A stretch of 64,000 nucleotides of DNA from Eledone cirrhosa. Lineage: Eukaryota. The position numbers and the translations under genes are program-made. The stretch lies in assembly GCA_964016885.1 (NCBI GenBank), contig OZ024740.1, positions 111,538,001-111,602,000 on the forward strand, read 5' to 3'. Positions 1 through 13,294 of the stretch are shown here, in pieces; the stretch's first letter is position 1; every line of letters starts with the position of its first letter. The notes under the pieces were generated by a model. The model saw nothing but the letters and a program-made list of their open reading frames with translations, had not been told where the DNA came from and made no database searches.

Positions 1-2229
1 GCAGTATGTATGTGGTATCACTGTACCCATCCATTAACATTGATTTTGCTGTGGAAAAATGTGTGGAGATGATCATTGAGAGTGAAGTGGAGTTCTGCAA
101 CGTCAACACAGACGAACTGGGCCTCCTACTTAGACTTAGCTACGACACTGACTACCTAGACAGCCATGACCTTAGACGTTTCTGCCCTAGTAGACCCATA
201 AGAGGTAGACCTCCCCACCATAACCTCAGTGGCAAAAAAACTCCCATGGGAAGGTGGATTGGGTGGACAAAAGCTATACGGACCCCCCAAAACAATGATC
301 AGGTAAGAAAAATGGTCGCACATGCAATAGGGGCTAGTATCAAAACTACCCTAAAGGGCCACATATTCAAATTCAACGAGAAGATTTACAATCAAAACGA
401 GGGACCAGCCATTGGTGTCAGCATAGCTGGTGACGTTGCGAACCATTTTATGGTATGGTGCGAAAGGAGATTCAAATATCTCCTTGATGAGAGCTCTATA
501 GACCTCATCATGTACTCACGTTACGTATACGACATCAATATAGTAATAAGGACATCCCCACAAGAGAGCACTAACAAGTTTAATTTAGAACGTAGCACAA
601 TGGAAAGCATCCAGCAGATAGCTAATTCCATACACCAGAGTATAACTGTAACTATCGACTACCCTTCCAAACACCCTAACAATAGACTACCTGTATTAGA
701 CACGGACTAACTCTGGATTAACGCTATAGACAAGAGAGCCGAATTTCTCCACTCAAACTATGCTAAATCCATGGCCTCCTAATACCTGATACACAAAAAC
801 TCAGCAATATCCAGTAGTGCTAAATTTAATATTCTAATCTCAGACTTGGTACGAGTGATGAAGAACGTGTCCCGCATGTGCGACCCAACAGAAATGGAAA
901 GATACATCCTACACTACATCAACCGCATGCAGTTCTCTGGCTACAACCAAAGAGACAGAATCAGAGTATACGAAGGAGCCTAGGAGAATTATAATACCTT
1001 CATAGAAATGGATATGAAAGGAATTTGCCCATTATACAGGAGCAAATCATGGAATAGCTTAGATAGGACTAGACATAAGATAGGGAAAGCCACCTCCTGG
1101 AACGACAACCAGAGATACCAGAGTGTCATGTTTGTGGACGCTACCCCTGGAGGGAAATTAGCTAACCAGTGTAGAAAGGCCCTGAGAAAGACCCACTTAA
1201 AGATTAAGGTGGTAGAAAAGCCAGGAACCACCATAAAATCCCTGATCAGCAAAACCTACCCTTTTAAGAAAACCCACTGTACTAATAGGAAATGTATCAT
1301 AGGTAGAGTAAACCCCCGGATAAACTGTAAAACTAGAAACGTAGTCTATAGCATAAGATGTACAGAGGGTACTTGCAGAAACATGACAACAACATACATA
1401 GGCGAGACAGCTCGTAGCATAGTTGAAAGGATAGACCAACACTGGGGGGAACTAAAAGGACGAAAAAACGGTTTAGTACTATACGAACATGCTAGACAAC
1501 AACACAACGGTAATATAGACAACATAGAAATTAGAATAATATCTAAACATAGAAATGACCCAGCAGATAGGCAAATCAGAGAGGCCAGCGTAATAGAACT
1601 TAGAAGGCCAATGCTAAACAGAAAAAATGAATTGAATAACAACACCCAAACAAACAACACTGACCCAAGAGAAGTAGAAATAAATAAATAAATAAATAAA
1701 TAAATACACAAGCACAATAACAACGAACACATATAAACACACACTAGTAAACTAAGATAGAATACATTAACCAATACACAGTCACCCAAACAAGAACACA
1801 CATGAAACAAAACACTATACACACACGCAAACGCATGCACAGAGAAGACATAAAAAATAAATAAATAAAATAACCAAATAAATAAATAAATAAACAGACT
1901 AAATATAGATGGCGTAAGCATACAATGCAACGGGAGGAAACATAATAGCAACACTGACGATGTTGCAGATGTACAACGAAAGAACTTTGATAGACTATAT
2001 ATGTGTTTGTGTCTGTATTGTATCTGTATTTTTGACCGTTGGTCAGTCAATGGCAACATGAGGACCGAATAAATTAAATTAACCGATATAAAAGACACAG
2101 AAGCGAAAACCAACCAAACAGTGAGTGTGTTCTGTTATTAATTCTGGCAATATTATTACACAAATATGACCCTCCTCAAGTATAACAATATTTGTTTCGA
2201 CACACGATTTCATATCAAAAACCTCGCAA

Positions 2230-2232
<3 letters not shown>
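1..2232 (+). mobile_element. Decayed Penelope-like element, family A (RT + GIY-YIG + 3' pLTR), ending at (TA)n
   Basis: ORF 6-710 has PLE RT motifs (VSLYPSI, GPAIGVSIAGDVAN, YSRYVYDI = mutated YVDD, RLPVLD). ORF 1008-1691 has a GIY-YIG domain (NVVYSIRC...YIGETARSIVERIDQH...RQIRE...LNRKNE). Stops and frameshifts lie between them. The 3' region matches 43560-44070. Confidence 0.9.
1951..1990 (+). ncRNA. Minimal hammerhead motif in family A pLTR (other copies 43760-43799 +, 42716-42755 -)
   Basis: CTGACGA-t-GTTG..CAAC-GAAA-gaac-TT. The 43.7 kb copy has a perfect stem II GTTGCA/TGCAAC. Stem I is weak. Confidence 0.55.
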
Positions 2233-2302
<70 letters not shown>

Positions 2303-2318
2303 TATATATATATATATA

Positions 2319-2438
2319 TAGGAAAAGATTCAGGACCCCGACGGCAGAGCTCAAGCCGTTTCGACGTCTATTTCTGAGTCCAGAAATAGCCGTCGAAACG
2401 GCTTGAGCTCTGTGATCGGGGTCCTGAACCTTTTCCTA
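2319..2438. repeat. Fold-back hairpin (about 55-bp arms, 4-nt spacer) made of the 3' half of the HHR seen at 15644-15737
   Basis: caggaccccgacggcagagctcaagccgtttcgacg...ctg-agtc-cag...cgtcGAAAcggcttgagctc...TCggggtcctg. Confidence 0.85.
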
Positions 2439-2549
2439 TTACCCACTTTACTACCCAAAGTATCGAGTACTCTAGTGCGTTATAGTCCACCTGGTTCCTA
2501 ACCACACTTCCTTCGTTTTATATATATATATATATATATATAAGTGGGT

Positions 2550-3390
2550 CCGGGTAAGCTTTTTACATTCATATGATTTATTGATTTATTTATATTTTAT
2601 CTAAGTGACCCGAATCTTCCTGATCGTAATTTTTCGGTCGTATGGGTGATTTTAGACATAATCTTTGTGTGTTGGTATTTTAACGATAGTTATAGCTCTG
2701 ATTTATCTGAATTATTCAGCCCTCTGCCACTCATGTCGAATTTGTTTATCGTGAACTCGTGTGCCGATTTTTCGATACTCGATTATTCTACTATATTTAG
2801 CTCTAGACTTAGCTATTGACCAGTTAATTTTATTGTTCATTTTTTGTCGATTCTATTAAATGATGAATAGCTCCTGTTTATTTTAACATGTCTATTGAGC
2901 ACTCTTATTCGATATGTGATTTCCCACATTTCCGAATATCTTTCGCGGATATAGAGGTTATCTCCCTTGCTGGATACCATGTGCGTCTCAACTAGGGTTG
3001 GCTTTTTTATTCGTTTGGACAAAGCCCGTTGATAAAGTATTCCCGTCCGCCGCTCTCTAGAAGTCTTATATATTTTTATGTGGGCTGATAGGGGGCGGAT
3101 TAAGGATTTACAGAAACCCAAGAAGCTAGATTTACCATCTTTCTAGTGTTTCCGGGTAAGCTTTTTACATTCATATGATTTATTGATTTATTGATATTTT
3201 ATCTGAGTGACCCGAATCTTCCTGATCGTAATTTTTCGGTCGTATGGGTGATTTTAGACATAATCTTTGTGTGTTGGTATTTTAACGATAGTTATAGCTC
3301 TGATTTATCTGAATTATTGAGCCCTCTGCCACTCATGTCGAATTTGTTTATCGTGAACTCGTGTGCCGATTTTTCGATACTCGATTATTC

Positions 3391-3395
<5 letters not shown>
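2550..3395 (+). repeat. Partial-tandem repeat with about 600-bp unit, flanked by (TA)n; family also at 57425-58115 (+), 24477-24977 (-), 23236-23405 (-)
   Basis: 2550-2795 is repeated at 3151-3395 (offset 601). Colinear diverged similarity to the other loci. Confidence 0.75.
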
Positions 3396-3448
<53 letters not shown>

Positions 3449-3537
3449 TTGCAAGGATTTTGATAGGAAATCGTGTAAATATATATGTATATATATACAT
3501 ATATATATATATATAGATAGATATATATATATGTATA

Positions 3538-3614
<77 letters not shown>

Positions 3615-3644
3615 ATACATACATACATATATATATATATATAT

Positions 3645-6472
3645 TCAGGTTTGAGGTTCACCACTGTATAGAGCTGGTCTATTCCCTATGGTCAATCGTG
3701 ATGTAATAATATAGAGAGTACTCAACGTAAAGCAGTTCAACCGTCTTTGTTTTTGTAGTTGGTGGTGCTATTACGGAGTTAAATATTATAATGAAATGAC
3801 AGGAGGCTGGATTTGTGTAAATCCTTGAAAGGTTTATTATACTATGATCATTTCAATGACCGGGTTCCGTATGAATCTGGTGATATCATCAGGTATTCGA
3901 AATATAATACGTGAATGTAATAGATAAAATCCATGGGGCTGAACATCGAGGACCCGAGGGCGACCGCTATCTTGCACCCTCTACCTTAGCCGGTCGCCCT
4001 CGAGTGACGTGGCTAAAGCTCACAGTGTGCTACTACCGGTCAGATAAAGGAAAACAGAAAGGGATGGGAACATAAGTTACGAGACAAAAGAAAGAAAGAA
4101 AGGAAGGAGAGAGAAGAAGGGGGAAGGAAGAAGAAGAGAAGTCAGGGTTAATATCAGCTATAGGAAGAAAGACAGAAAGAAAGAGGAAGGAAGGTCGGTA
4201 TTACTGTCAGGCCAGGATTTTCGCGAAGAAACTTTTTTATTCCACGGGACACGTATCTAAACAACTACTACGAACAAAAAGGGGGAAGGAAGATAAGTCT
4301 GCGGGAGGAAGAAAGAAAGAGGGGAGAAAAGAAGGAAGAAAAGGAAGAAGTAGAAGAGTAAAGGTTGATGGCTACAAGAGGGAAGATAGAAAGAAAGAGG
4401 AAGAAAGGTCGATATTAATGTCAGACTACAGTCAGGCCAGGAGTGGCGCGAGAAAATGTTCACAGGGACCCGTATCTTAGCAGAGGTGAATATAGTGGGG
4501 GTCAGTGTGTTATAATGTGTGAGCAGAAGATTGAAACGTTACGTTTTTGTTTAGACTTATAGGATGAAGTCAAAGATTAATAATTAATAATTAATATCAG
4601 AGAAATTAGAAAATTTAAAGTTATACAGTTTAACATTTTAAGGTTGATATATCTAATAGTTCTGATTTGGTCTGTAATTTAAAGGTACTATGTGGCGGTT
4701 AAAAACCGGCCGCGCTCCGGGCCCCTCGGAGCGAATTAAGCCACTCCGAGTATTTTCATTTACCGAAAGAAGGGGAAATATATTTTTCCAAGCCCTCAAG
4801 GTAGGCCCTTGCCTCAGGGGGCTGGTCGCGCCGCCATTAAAACCCACCAAACAGTCGGACAGAAAGTTGGAACTTTAAAATATAGTTTAAATTTATAGGA
4901 TGAAGTTGAAGGAATTCAGAATAACATTATAAAATTAAAGAGAAAGAAAATTGAGAATTGAACAAACAGAAAATTGAAAATCAAACCTTTAAGAAAAACT
5001 TCTATAATGTTTTGGGTTGCGGGGTTTAATTAAAGAGAGTCTTTTATGAAGAGACGTTAATTGTATTATGTAGATCTATAATTTATCCTAGTGGGATGTA
5101 GAGTACGGGATATAGTCGGGTAATATTTTTTTGTTCTCATGGGGAGACATTCTAGTGTCATGTGCTAATGGGTACAAGTGAGCAAAAGTCCCAATAGGAG
5201 GAGTAGAAATACATGGATACTTAGAAGTGGAATACGTGGAAGAGCACATTGATAAAGCAAAGGTATAAATATATAAATATATCAATATATAGGTATAAAC
5301 ATGTAAATAAACCAACAAGAGTGGTGTTGGAGTAAGATGGAGAAAACAAGACATAGTAGAAGTACAATATAGTTCAGGTTGCAGTATTAATGTTCCCAGG
5401 GGGAGACATTCCAGTGTCGTGTGCTAAGGGTACACGCGAGTAAAAGTCCGAATAAGGGAAGTAAAAGTACATGGATGTATAGAGGTAGAATACGTGGAAA
5501 AGCATTAATACAGCAAATAAAGATATAAAGATATAAATAAACAGACAAGAGTCGGGTAAATGGATAGTTCAAGACACAGGAGAAATACATTATAGTTCAA
5601 GTTGCAGTCAGATAATGCATATAGATGTGGAAATTGAGTCAGTGTGTGTTCGAATTCAGTGTGAGTTATACATGCCCCGAAATATAGGGAAGCTAATTTA
5701 GTTAATACAGTGCAGTACAATACATGTTATGGTATAATCCGTAGAGTTTCGTCGAGATCCGAATATTCTGAGCAATGGGCCAGGTTGGCGGTAGGCGAAA
5801 ACACCGAGTAGCCACAGTCCGAATGGTGGTTAGATATATTCAGTCCCATGCCGCTGTGAACATTTTCTCGCGCCACTCCTGGCCTGACTGTAGTCTGACA
5901 TTAATATCGACCTTTCTTCCTCTTTCTTTCTATCTTCCCTCTTGTAGCCATCAACCCTTACTCTTCAACTTCTTCCTTTTCTTCCTTCTTTTCTCCCCTC
6001 TTTCTGTCTTCCTCCCGCAGACTTATCTTCCTTCCCCCTTTTTGTTCGCCTATATCTGACCAGTAGTAGTTGTTTAGATACGGGTCCCGTAGAATAAAAA
6101 AATTTCTTCGCGACAATCCTGGCCTGACTGTAATACCGACCTTCCCTCCTCTTTCTTTCTTTCTTTCTTTCTTTTGTCTCGTAACTTATGTTCCCATCCC
6201 TTTCTGTTTTCCTTTATCTGGCCGGTAGTAGCACACTGTGAGCTTTAGCCACGTCACTCGAGGGCGACCGGCTAAGGTAGAGGGTGCAAGATAGCGGTCG
6301 CCCTCGGGTCCTCGATGTTCAGCCCCATGGATTTTATCTATTACATTCACGTATTATATTTCGAATACCTGATGATATCACCGGATTCATACGGAACCCG
6401 GTCATTGAAATGATCATAGTATAATAAACCTTTCAAGGATTTACACAAATCCAGCCTCCTGTCATTTCATTA

Positions 6473-6480
<8 letters not shown>
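3645..6480 (-). mobile_element. Non-coding PLE-like element with about 650-700 bp inverted arms (3783-4480 / 5848-6480), bounded by (TA)n
   Basis: Arms are near-identical reverse complements and each carries an HHR. Diverged internal tandem duplication at 5131-5386/5391-5609. No credible ORF. Confidence 0.7.
6365..6422 (+). ncRNA. Type I hammerhead ribozyme (inverted copy 3839-3896 -)
   Basis: atac-CTGATGA-tatcACCGG..CCGGTcatt-GAAA-TGATCA-TA-gtat: stem I atac/gtat, palindromic stem III. Confidence 0.8.
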
Positions 6481-6525
<45 letters not shown>

Positions 6526-6541
6526 ATACATACATACATAC

Positions 6542-6634
<93 letters not shown>

Positions 6635-6993
6635 TATAATGACACATACATTTGTGTGTATATGTAAATGTGTCGGCGTACATGTATCGTACCTGTATCA
6701 GCATATTGTTCACTTCCGGTAAATTTATGTTACAAAAATTCTCAGAAATGTATGTTATATTCTGTTTCTGGTGAGAACAGAGAGCGACAAATGCATGACC
6801 CATATGGTGTTTGTGATGACAGAGCACTCTATAGCGTGTGGACATTAGCCGTAGCATATTGGTCTCATCTTAAACTTACCAATTGCTCTCCTCACTTAAA
6901 CAAGGAATGGAATTTAGCCGATATTTTTCTGATTAAAGGATGTAAACAAATACATATAATTCAAGTCAATAAAGTAACTATCGTTACACTAAA

Positions 6994-7087
<94 letters not shown>

Positions 7088-8321
7088 GTTTCTCCCAATC
7101 TGTTTCTCTCTTTCTCTTTGTGTTTAGTTAAGAAGAGCAGAGAGAGAGAGATAGGTTTATTCGGAACACATTTGCATTGACGAAAATATATCCCTTGCGG
7201 TGCTGTATCAAATGAAATACGGCGTAACTAAAGTACAATTATTAACAAAAGCAAAGACCAACATTCGTAGTTTGATTAGTACAATGTATTGTACCAATAT
7301 GCAGTAACATCACTAACAATGTTATTACGACAATACTGAATTGAACGCATGATAAAATCTTAATTGTTGGTATCAAACTACAGAAACAACTGACTCCCTC
7401 AAGCAACTTCCGGAACAACAGAGATATTTGGCGGATCGGAAGTCAAGCGGAAGTAAAAAAAATTAAAAGGATAGAACATACAATAAACAACACTGGTAAT
7501 ATCGTATGGATGCTGTCTTTGGACAGAAAGTGTGGACTATTAGAATGAACAAGTTGAGTAAATATTTAGATATAAAGTAACTATAAATCTTGGGTGACAC
7601 CGTAAAAGAGTTGACAGAAGTTCGTAGGATTGATATCTAGGGGAATGGTATTGATTTGCGTTGGCAAGGCATGAGTTCAATCGTTTGTATAAGAACAATG
7701 TAGCCAATGAAATATATCCGACGACCATATTACTGTTGAATACTTTGTGCAATTCCATCCTGGATGAGTCATTTTAGCCATTCAAAATATACACAATAGG
7801 TGTAAAAGTTTTCGATTATATCATCGTGTCAAAATATTTAAGTCACACATGATGTGACCAGGTCACTGACATACTTCCACGGCATCTGTTGTTTTGTGTC
7901 TTTCTCTAATGGCTAAAACGTTTCCTCTACAATGTGATAGCTTCAGTTTCAACAACCGGTCTCAAATCAAGTTACTTCAGGGTCCCTCAACATCCTGATA
8001 TTAGCAGTAGAGTCTCTCCCAAACCAATCTCTAGCGTCTATTTACAATATTAAGGGGGGGGGGGGATAAACTGTGAAGGCGGGATGGCCATGCATAACTG
8101 AAATATGTTTGATAATGTCAGTGGGCTCACACAGACACATATACGAACACATACACGCACACACACACGCACACATGAGCATTCACCTACATATATGTGT
8201 AAGTGCCCGGGTAAGTCAACTGTGCAGGTGTCCTCGGGCATGAATGAAGGAAGACAGTGAAGTTCACAAGAGAAACACATGAAAACTAAGAGATTTCTTT
8301 ACTCAAGAGTTTTCCATGCGT

Positions 8322-8432
<111 letters not shown>

Positions 8433-8630
8433 CATAATAAACAGCACAATTATCTAATACTTGTTTTGTCTGACTAACGAGCTAGATGTTTCTGTAAGAA
8501 TCATCTAGTTTATCGAAACCTTCGGTAATGTAATAATTATATTGTGTTGTTTATTATGTAATTAAACAGCTCTGTACAATACATACAGCATTTTTCTTTC
8601 ATTTACCTTTTCTACGGAAATACTTAACAC

Positions 8631-8711
<81 letters not shown>

Positions 8712-8748
8712 GAGACCGTTGGAGAGAACACGATCATGGATCTCGGGG

Positions 8749-8794
<46 letters not shown>

Positions 8795-8798
<4 letters not shown>

Positions 8799-9828
8799 CC
8801 CCGAGATCCATGATCGTGTTCTCTCCAACGTCTCTGTCCTTCATCATCGCCGCTATGTCCCGGAGACCAGTGTCTGTTCTTAGGGCATCAACATATGTCA
8901 ACCTCGGTCTCCCGCTTCCAGTGTGTCCGTGTAGAAGCCCCCAGAAGACAACTGAATGCAGTGTCGAGTCTGAATGTCGGTGAGCATGTCCAGCTAACCT
9001 GAGTCTCCTCTGTGTCACTTTCAAGCTGACCTTTGTGAGGCTCCCTTATAGCTCTGAGTTTTTCACCCTCAATGCGTACTGATTAATGTTCAGAGCCATC
9101 TTCAGCATCCTCGTGTTGCCCCAATCTACTATCTGAGTGAGTGCCTTGATCAGTGTCCAAATCTCAGACCCGTACAGCGGCACAGATTCCACTGTAGTAA
9201 CGAGGAGTCGGATCTTCAGTTCTTTACGAAATTGCAACTCCCACACCGACCACAAAATGTGACACGTTTTTTTTCTTCCTCTCCACTACATCATCCTAAG
9301 TGTTCCTAATCTTTGCTCCCAGATACAGCTCTAGCGCTTCCCACCCGCATTCAGAATCTTCTCTGGCTTCTTAATGTTCTCTACCAGATACTTCGTCTTA
9401 CTCTCATTCACTCTCAGCCACACATTCATCGACACAGTCTCTACCTATTCCATCAACTCATCTGCCTCCTTCACCGTGTTTATCACCAGAGCTATGTTGT
9501 CAGTAAATTCAGCATCTGATAACCTTATAGCCTTAACTCGCCTGCTCTGAGTCGGTGTTACAGTAAAGCCAGAGTTCTGGTGTTTCTGCAGTGCCATGAT
9601 GAAAAGTTAGGGAGCCAAGGTATCACTCTGGAGCATTCTAGCCAGAATCTCAAAAACTCCGTCATCCCGTCGGGTGAGATGAGTTGGGCTCTGCTGTTAG
9701 TGTAGAGCAGTGATACCAGGTTCAGTATCTTCTTGGGGATTCCATGCGCCTGTAAGATCTTCAACAAGTAGTGTCGGTCCACAGAATCAAAGGCCTTCCT
9801 GAAGTCAATGAAAACCACACAATACACA
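8795..9828 (-). mobile_element. RTE-clade LINE fragment (RT and C-terminus), decayed
   Basis: VFIDFRKAFDSVDR..LLKILQAHGIP, KIRLLVTTVESVPLYGSEIWTL, QRRLRLAGHAHRH...GRPRLTYVD. Confidence 0.85.
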
Positions 9829-9831
9829 CAC

Positions 9832-10913
<1,082 letters not shown>

Positions 10914-11989
10914 CCCACTAGGTTCTTATGACTGATATGGTCAGAAACACACACTGTTACAGCTTATATAGACACAACAAAAGAAACATACACACACATC
11001 TCTACAATTACCTTCACAGCTCTGTACGGACTAACACACACAAACATACCCTTATATACACACACACATTCTCACAGCTTCGTAATTACAAGCACACAAA
11101 CACACACACATACGAGCGCGCGCGTATACGCAGGCACCCACCTACAGCTCTATCTATACGAATAAAAAAAATTATACTGTTCATAAAGTTTCTAAGTCAT
11201 ACATAAGAGTTTAGAATATATAATTTACGAATAATTATACATATTTCACTAAAAATTATTTTAAGTCGAGATATTTTTTAAAACAATTATTAATGGACGA
11301 TTAATTCAATGATGAAAGAAGTATTTTTTTAAATGTTTATATCTTCATGAATTTTCAAGATTTTTCTAAACTGTTAACAATTATTTACGCTATATATGAT
11401 TTTCATAATTTCTATGTTAGAAAAAAAACATTTTAAAAATAGAATTGCATCGAACCAAACTATTGTTTTATTTTTATTGTCATCGTTTAAAAACGGACGC
11501 CATTTTAACGCATCTTCACATATACGTTCAAACAGTATATGTATTTTTTGCATTATATTTGTGTGCGCGTGTTTGATTACGTTTAGTTTGTACAGAGAGT
11601 TGAGCAGCCGTGAAAACTAGTATATTAGTTCACCCTTGTTATTGGATATCACGTTTGATTTTGTATATACATTATTTGGGCAATTAAACAAAATGAAAGA
11701 GAAATTCTAGAAGCTGTCAACAGTTTAACAACTACCATTATGTACACACCATCCTCCCCTTGCTCAGGTTTTATGACATTATTTAGCTCCCTTTTTATTT
11801 TCAACTAAGCTATTTCTTTCGTACCTTCTCATCATACAAATCTCTTCTTTATTTTGTTTTCTATTGTCCAAGTTAATTTGCAAAAACCTGTAGCACACAA
11901 AGTTCACACACAGTACGCACACACAGACACATACACATACACAAACATACAAACACAAAACACACACACACAACCTCCCCTTCCCATTT

Positions 11990-12473
11990 CGGGACAGTGT
12001 GAGAATTGTTTTTGTAGAACTGCTGGACTTTCAAACTAAGCGGCTCTATCTAGCACTGACGGTGATTATCGCTAAATATTAATATTGAATTGGTTATTAA
12101 TATTGATGTTACTTAGGCATCCCACTGAAGAGTTATAAGAGCCCACTTGCATGGGAATCCATTGATCTTATGCAAGCTTCTACATAACTACCTCACTTTT
12201 CTCCCACTTTGTAGAAATCTTATAATGAAACGATCGTATAGGGAATGAGATTTATTTAATTATTTCTCATATAAAATAATACAGCCGATAATCCACACAA
12301 TACAATATAGTTGGAACCCCAAACGTATAATTGGGAATATACTTAGGTATTTCTTAATGTTTGTTGGGTGAATTGGAAATTGGTCGGAGTATCGCTAATG
12401 GCTTTCTCTGTTAATGTATGAAATATATATATATATATTTGTATATATATATATATATATATTTGGATTACCC

Positions 12474-12535
<62 letters not shown>

Positions 12536-12960
12536 TATCGGAGAAAGCTTTTTAGCGATACTCCGGTCAAATTCCAACTCACTCAACAAACATTAGGAAA
12601 TAAGTGAGTATATTCCTAATTATGCGTTCGGGGTGCTAACTAAATGTATTGTGTGGAAAATTGGCTGTATTATTTCATATGAGGCATATCGAATATATCT
12701 CTTCCCAGAGGGACGTCTCGTTTCATTATAGGATTCCTACAATTTGGGTAAAATTATACCAATTTATATAGGAGCTTGTATACGATCAACAGATATATTC
12801 AAGTGGGTTCCTATAATTCATCAGTGGGTGCCCAATAATACTAATATTAATAATCTAACCAATATCAGTATTTAGCGATAATCACCATCAGTGCCTGAGG
12901 GATCAGTTAGGTTGCTATTCCAACAGTTCTAAAGAAACACTCAAACCGATTCAAAAATGA
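11990..12960. repeat. Old diverged inverted pair of HHR-bearing units around a (TA)n tract
   Basis: 12053-12420 is colinear with the reverse complement of 12530-12897, with many substitutions. Confidence 0.75.
12121..12243 (+). ncRNA. Type I hammerhead with about 77-nt loop II (diverged copy 12704-12828 -)
   Basis: ccca-CTGAAGA-GTTATAAGA..TCTTATAAT-GAAA-CGATCG-TA. The second copy reads CTGATGA-ATTATAGGA..TCCTATAAT-GAAA-cgagacg-TC, with a compensatory stem II change. Confidence 0.7.
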
Positions 12961-13294
12961 GAAGTAAGTTACCGGCAAAAAAAAAAAATACATGCGCAGA
13001 CATTGAACTCTAAAAGGAATTCAGGCCACGTGCTAGAACTCAATTGGAACTTGAAAAAATATCTATGTGTGTACAACGTTTGATAACACAGATATTTTCT
13101 CGCGCAAAATAACAGAATGAGATACAAGAAAACAATCAATATTCATATATAAAAAAATATTCATATATGAAAAAAATAAACAAAGAAAGTCTAACCTTAT
13201 ACCGGGAATTTCATATCTGTTGCACCAAGAGTAAATAAATAAACCGGAGGTCACAGATCTTATAGGATTATTCCTTATAGCCAAACTCACCGAT

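Noticed and set aside
6-1691. Selenocysteine or readthrough recoding of PLE stops, as in Naiad PLEs
   Set aside because: Interruptions are TAA/TAG and frameshifts, the catalytic YVDD is mutated and the endonuclease is C-terminal, which indicates ordinary decay
7760-7930. HHR-like motif CTGGATGAG..AGCCATT/AATGGCT-AAAACGTTTC
   Set aside because: Both core boxes are defective and there is no second copy to confirm
8470-8530. HHR-like CTAACGA-gctagatg..catctagt..GAAA-ccttcgg-TA; similar relics at 48383-48430 and 51488-51530
   Set aside because: Core mutated or stem I absent; probably decayed HHRs but not supportable individually
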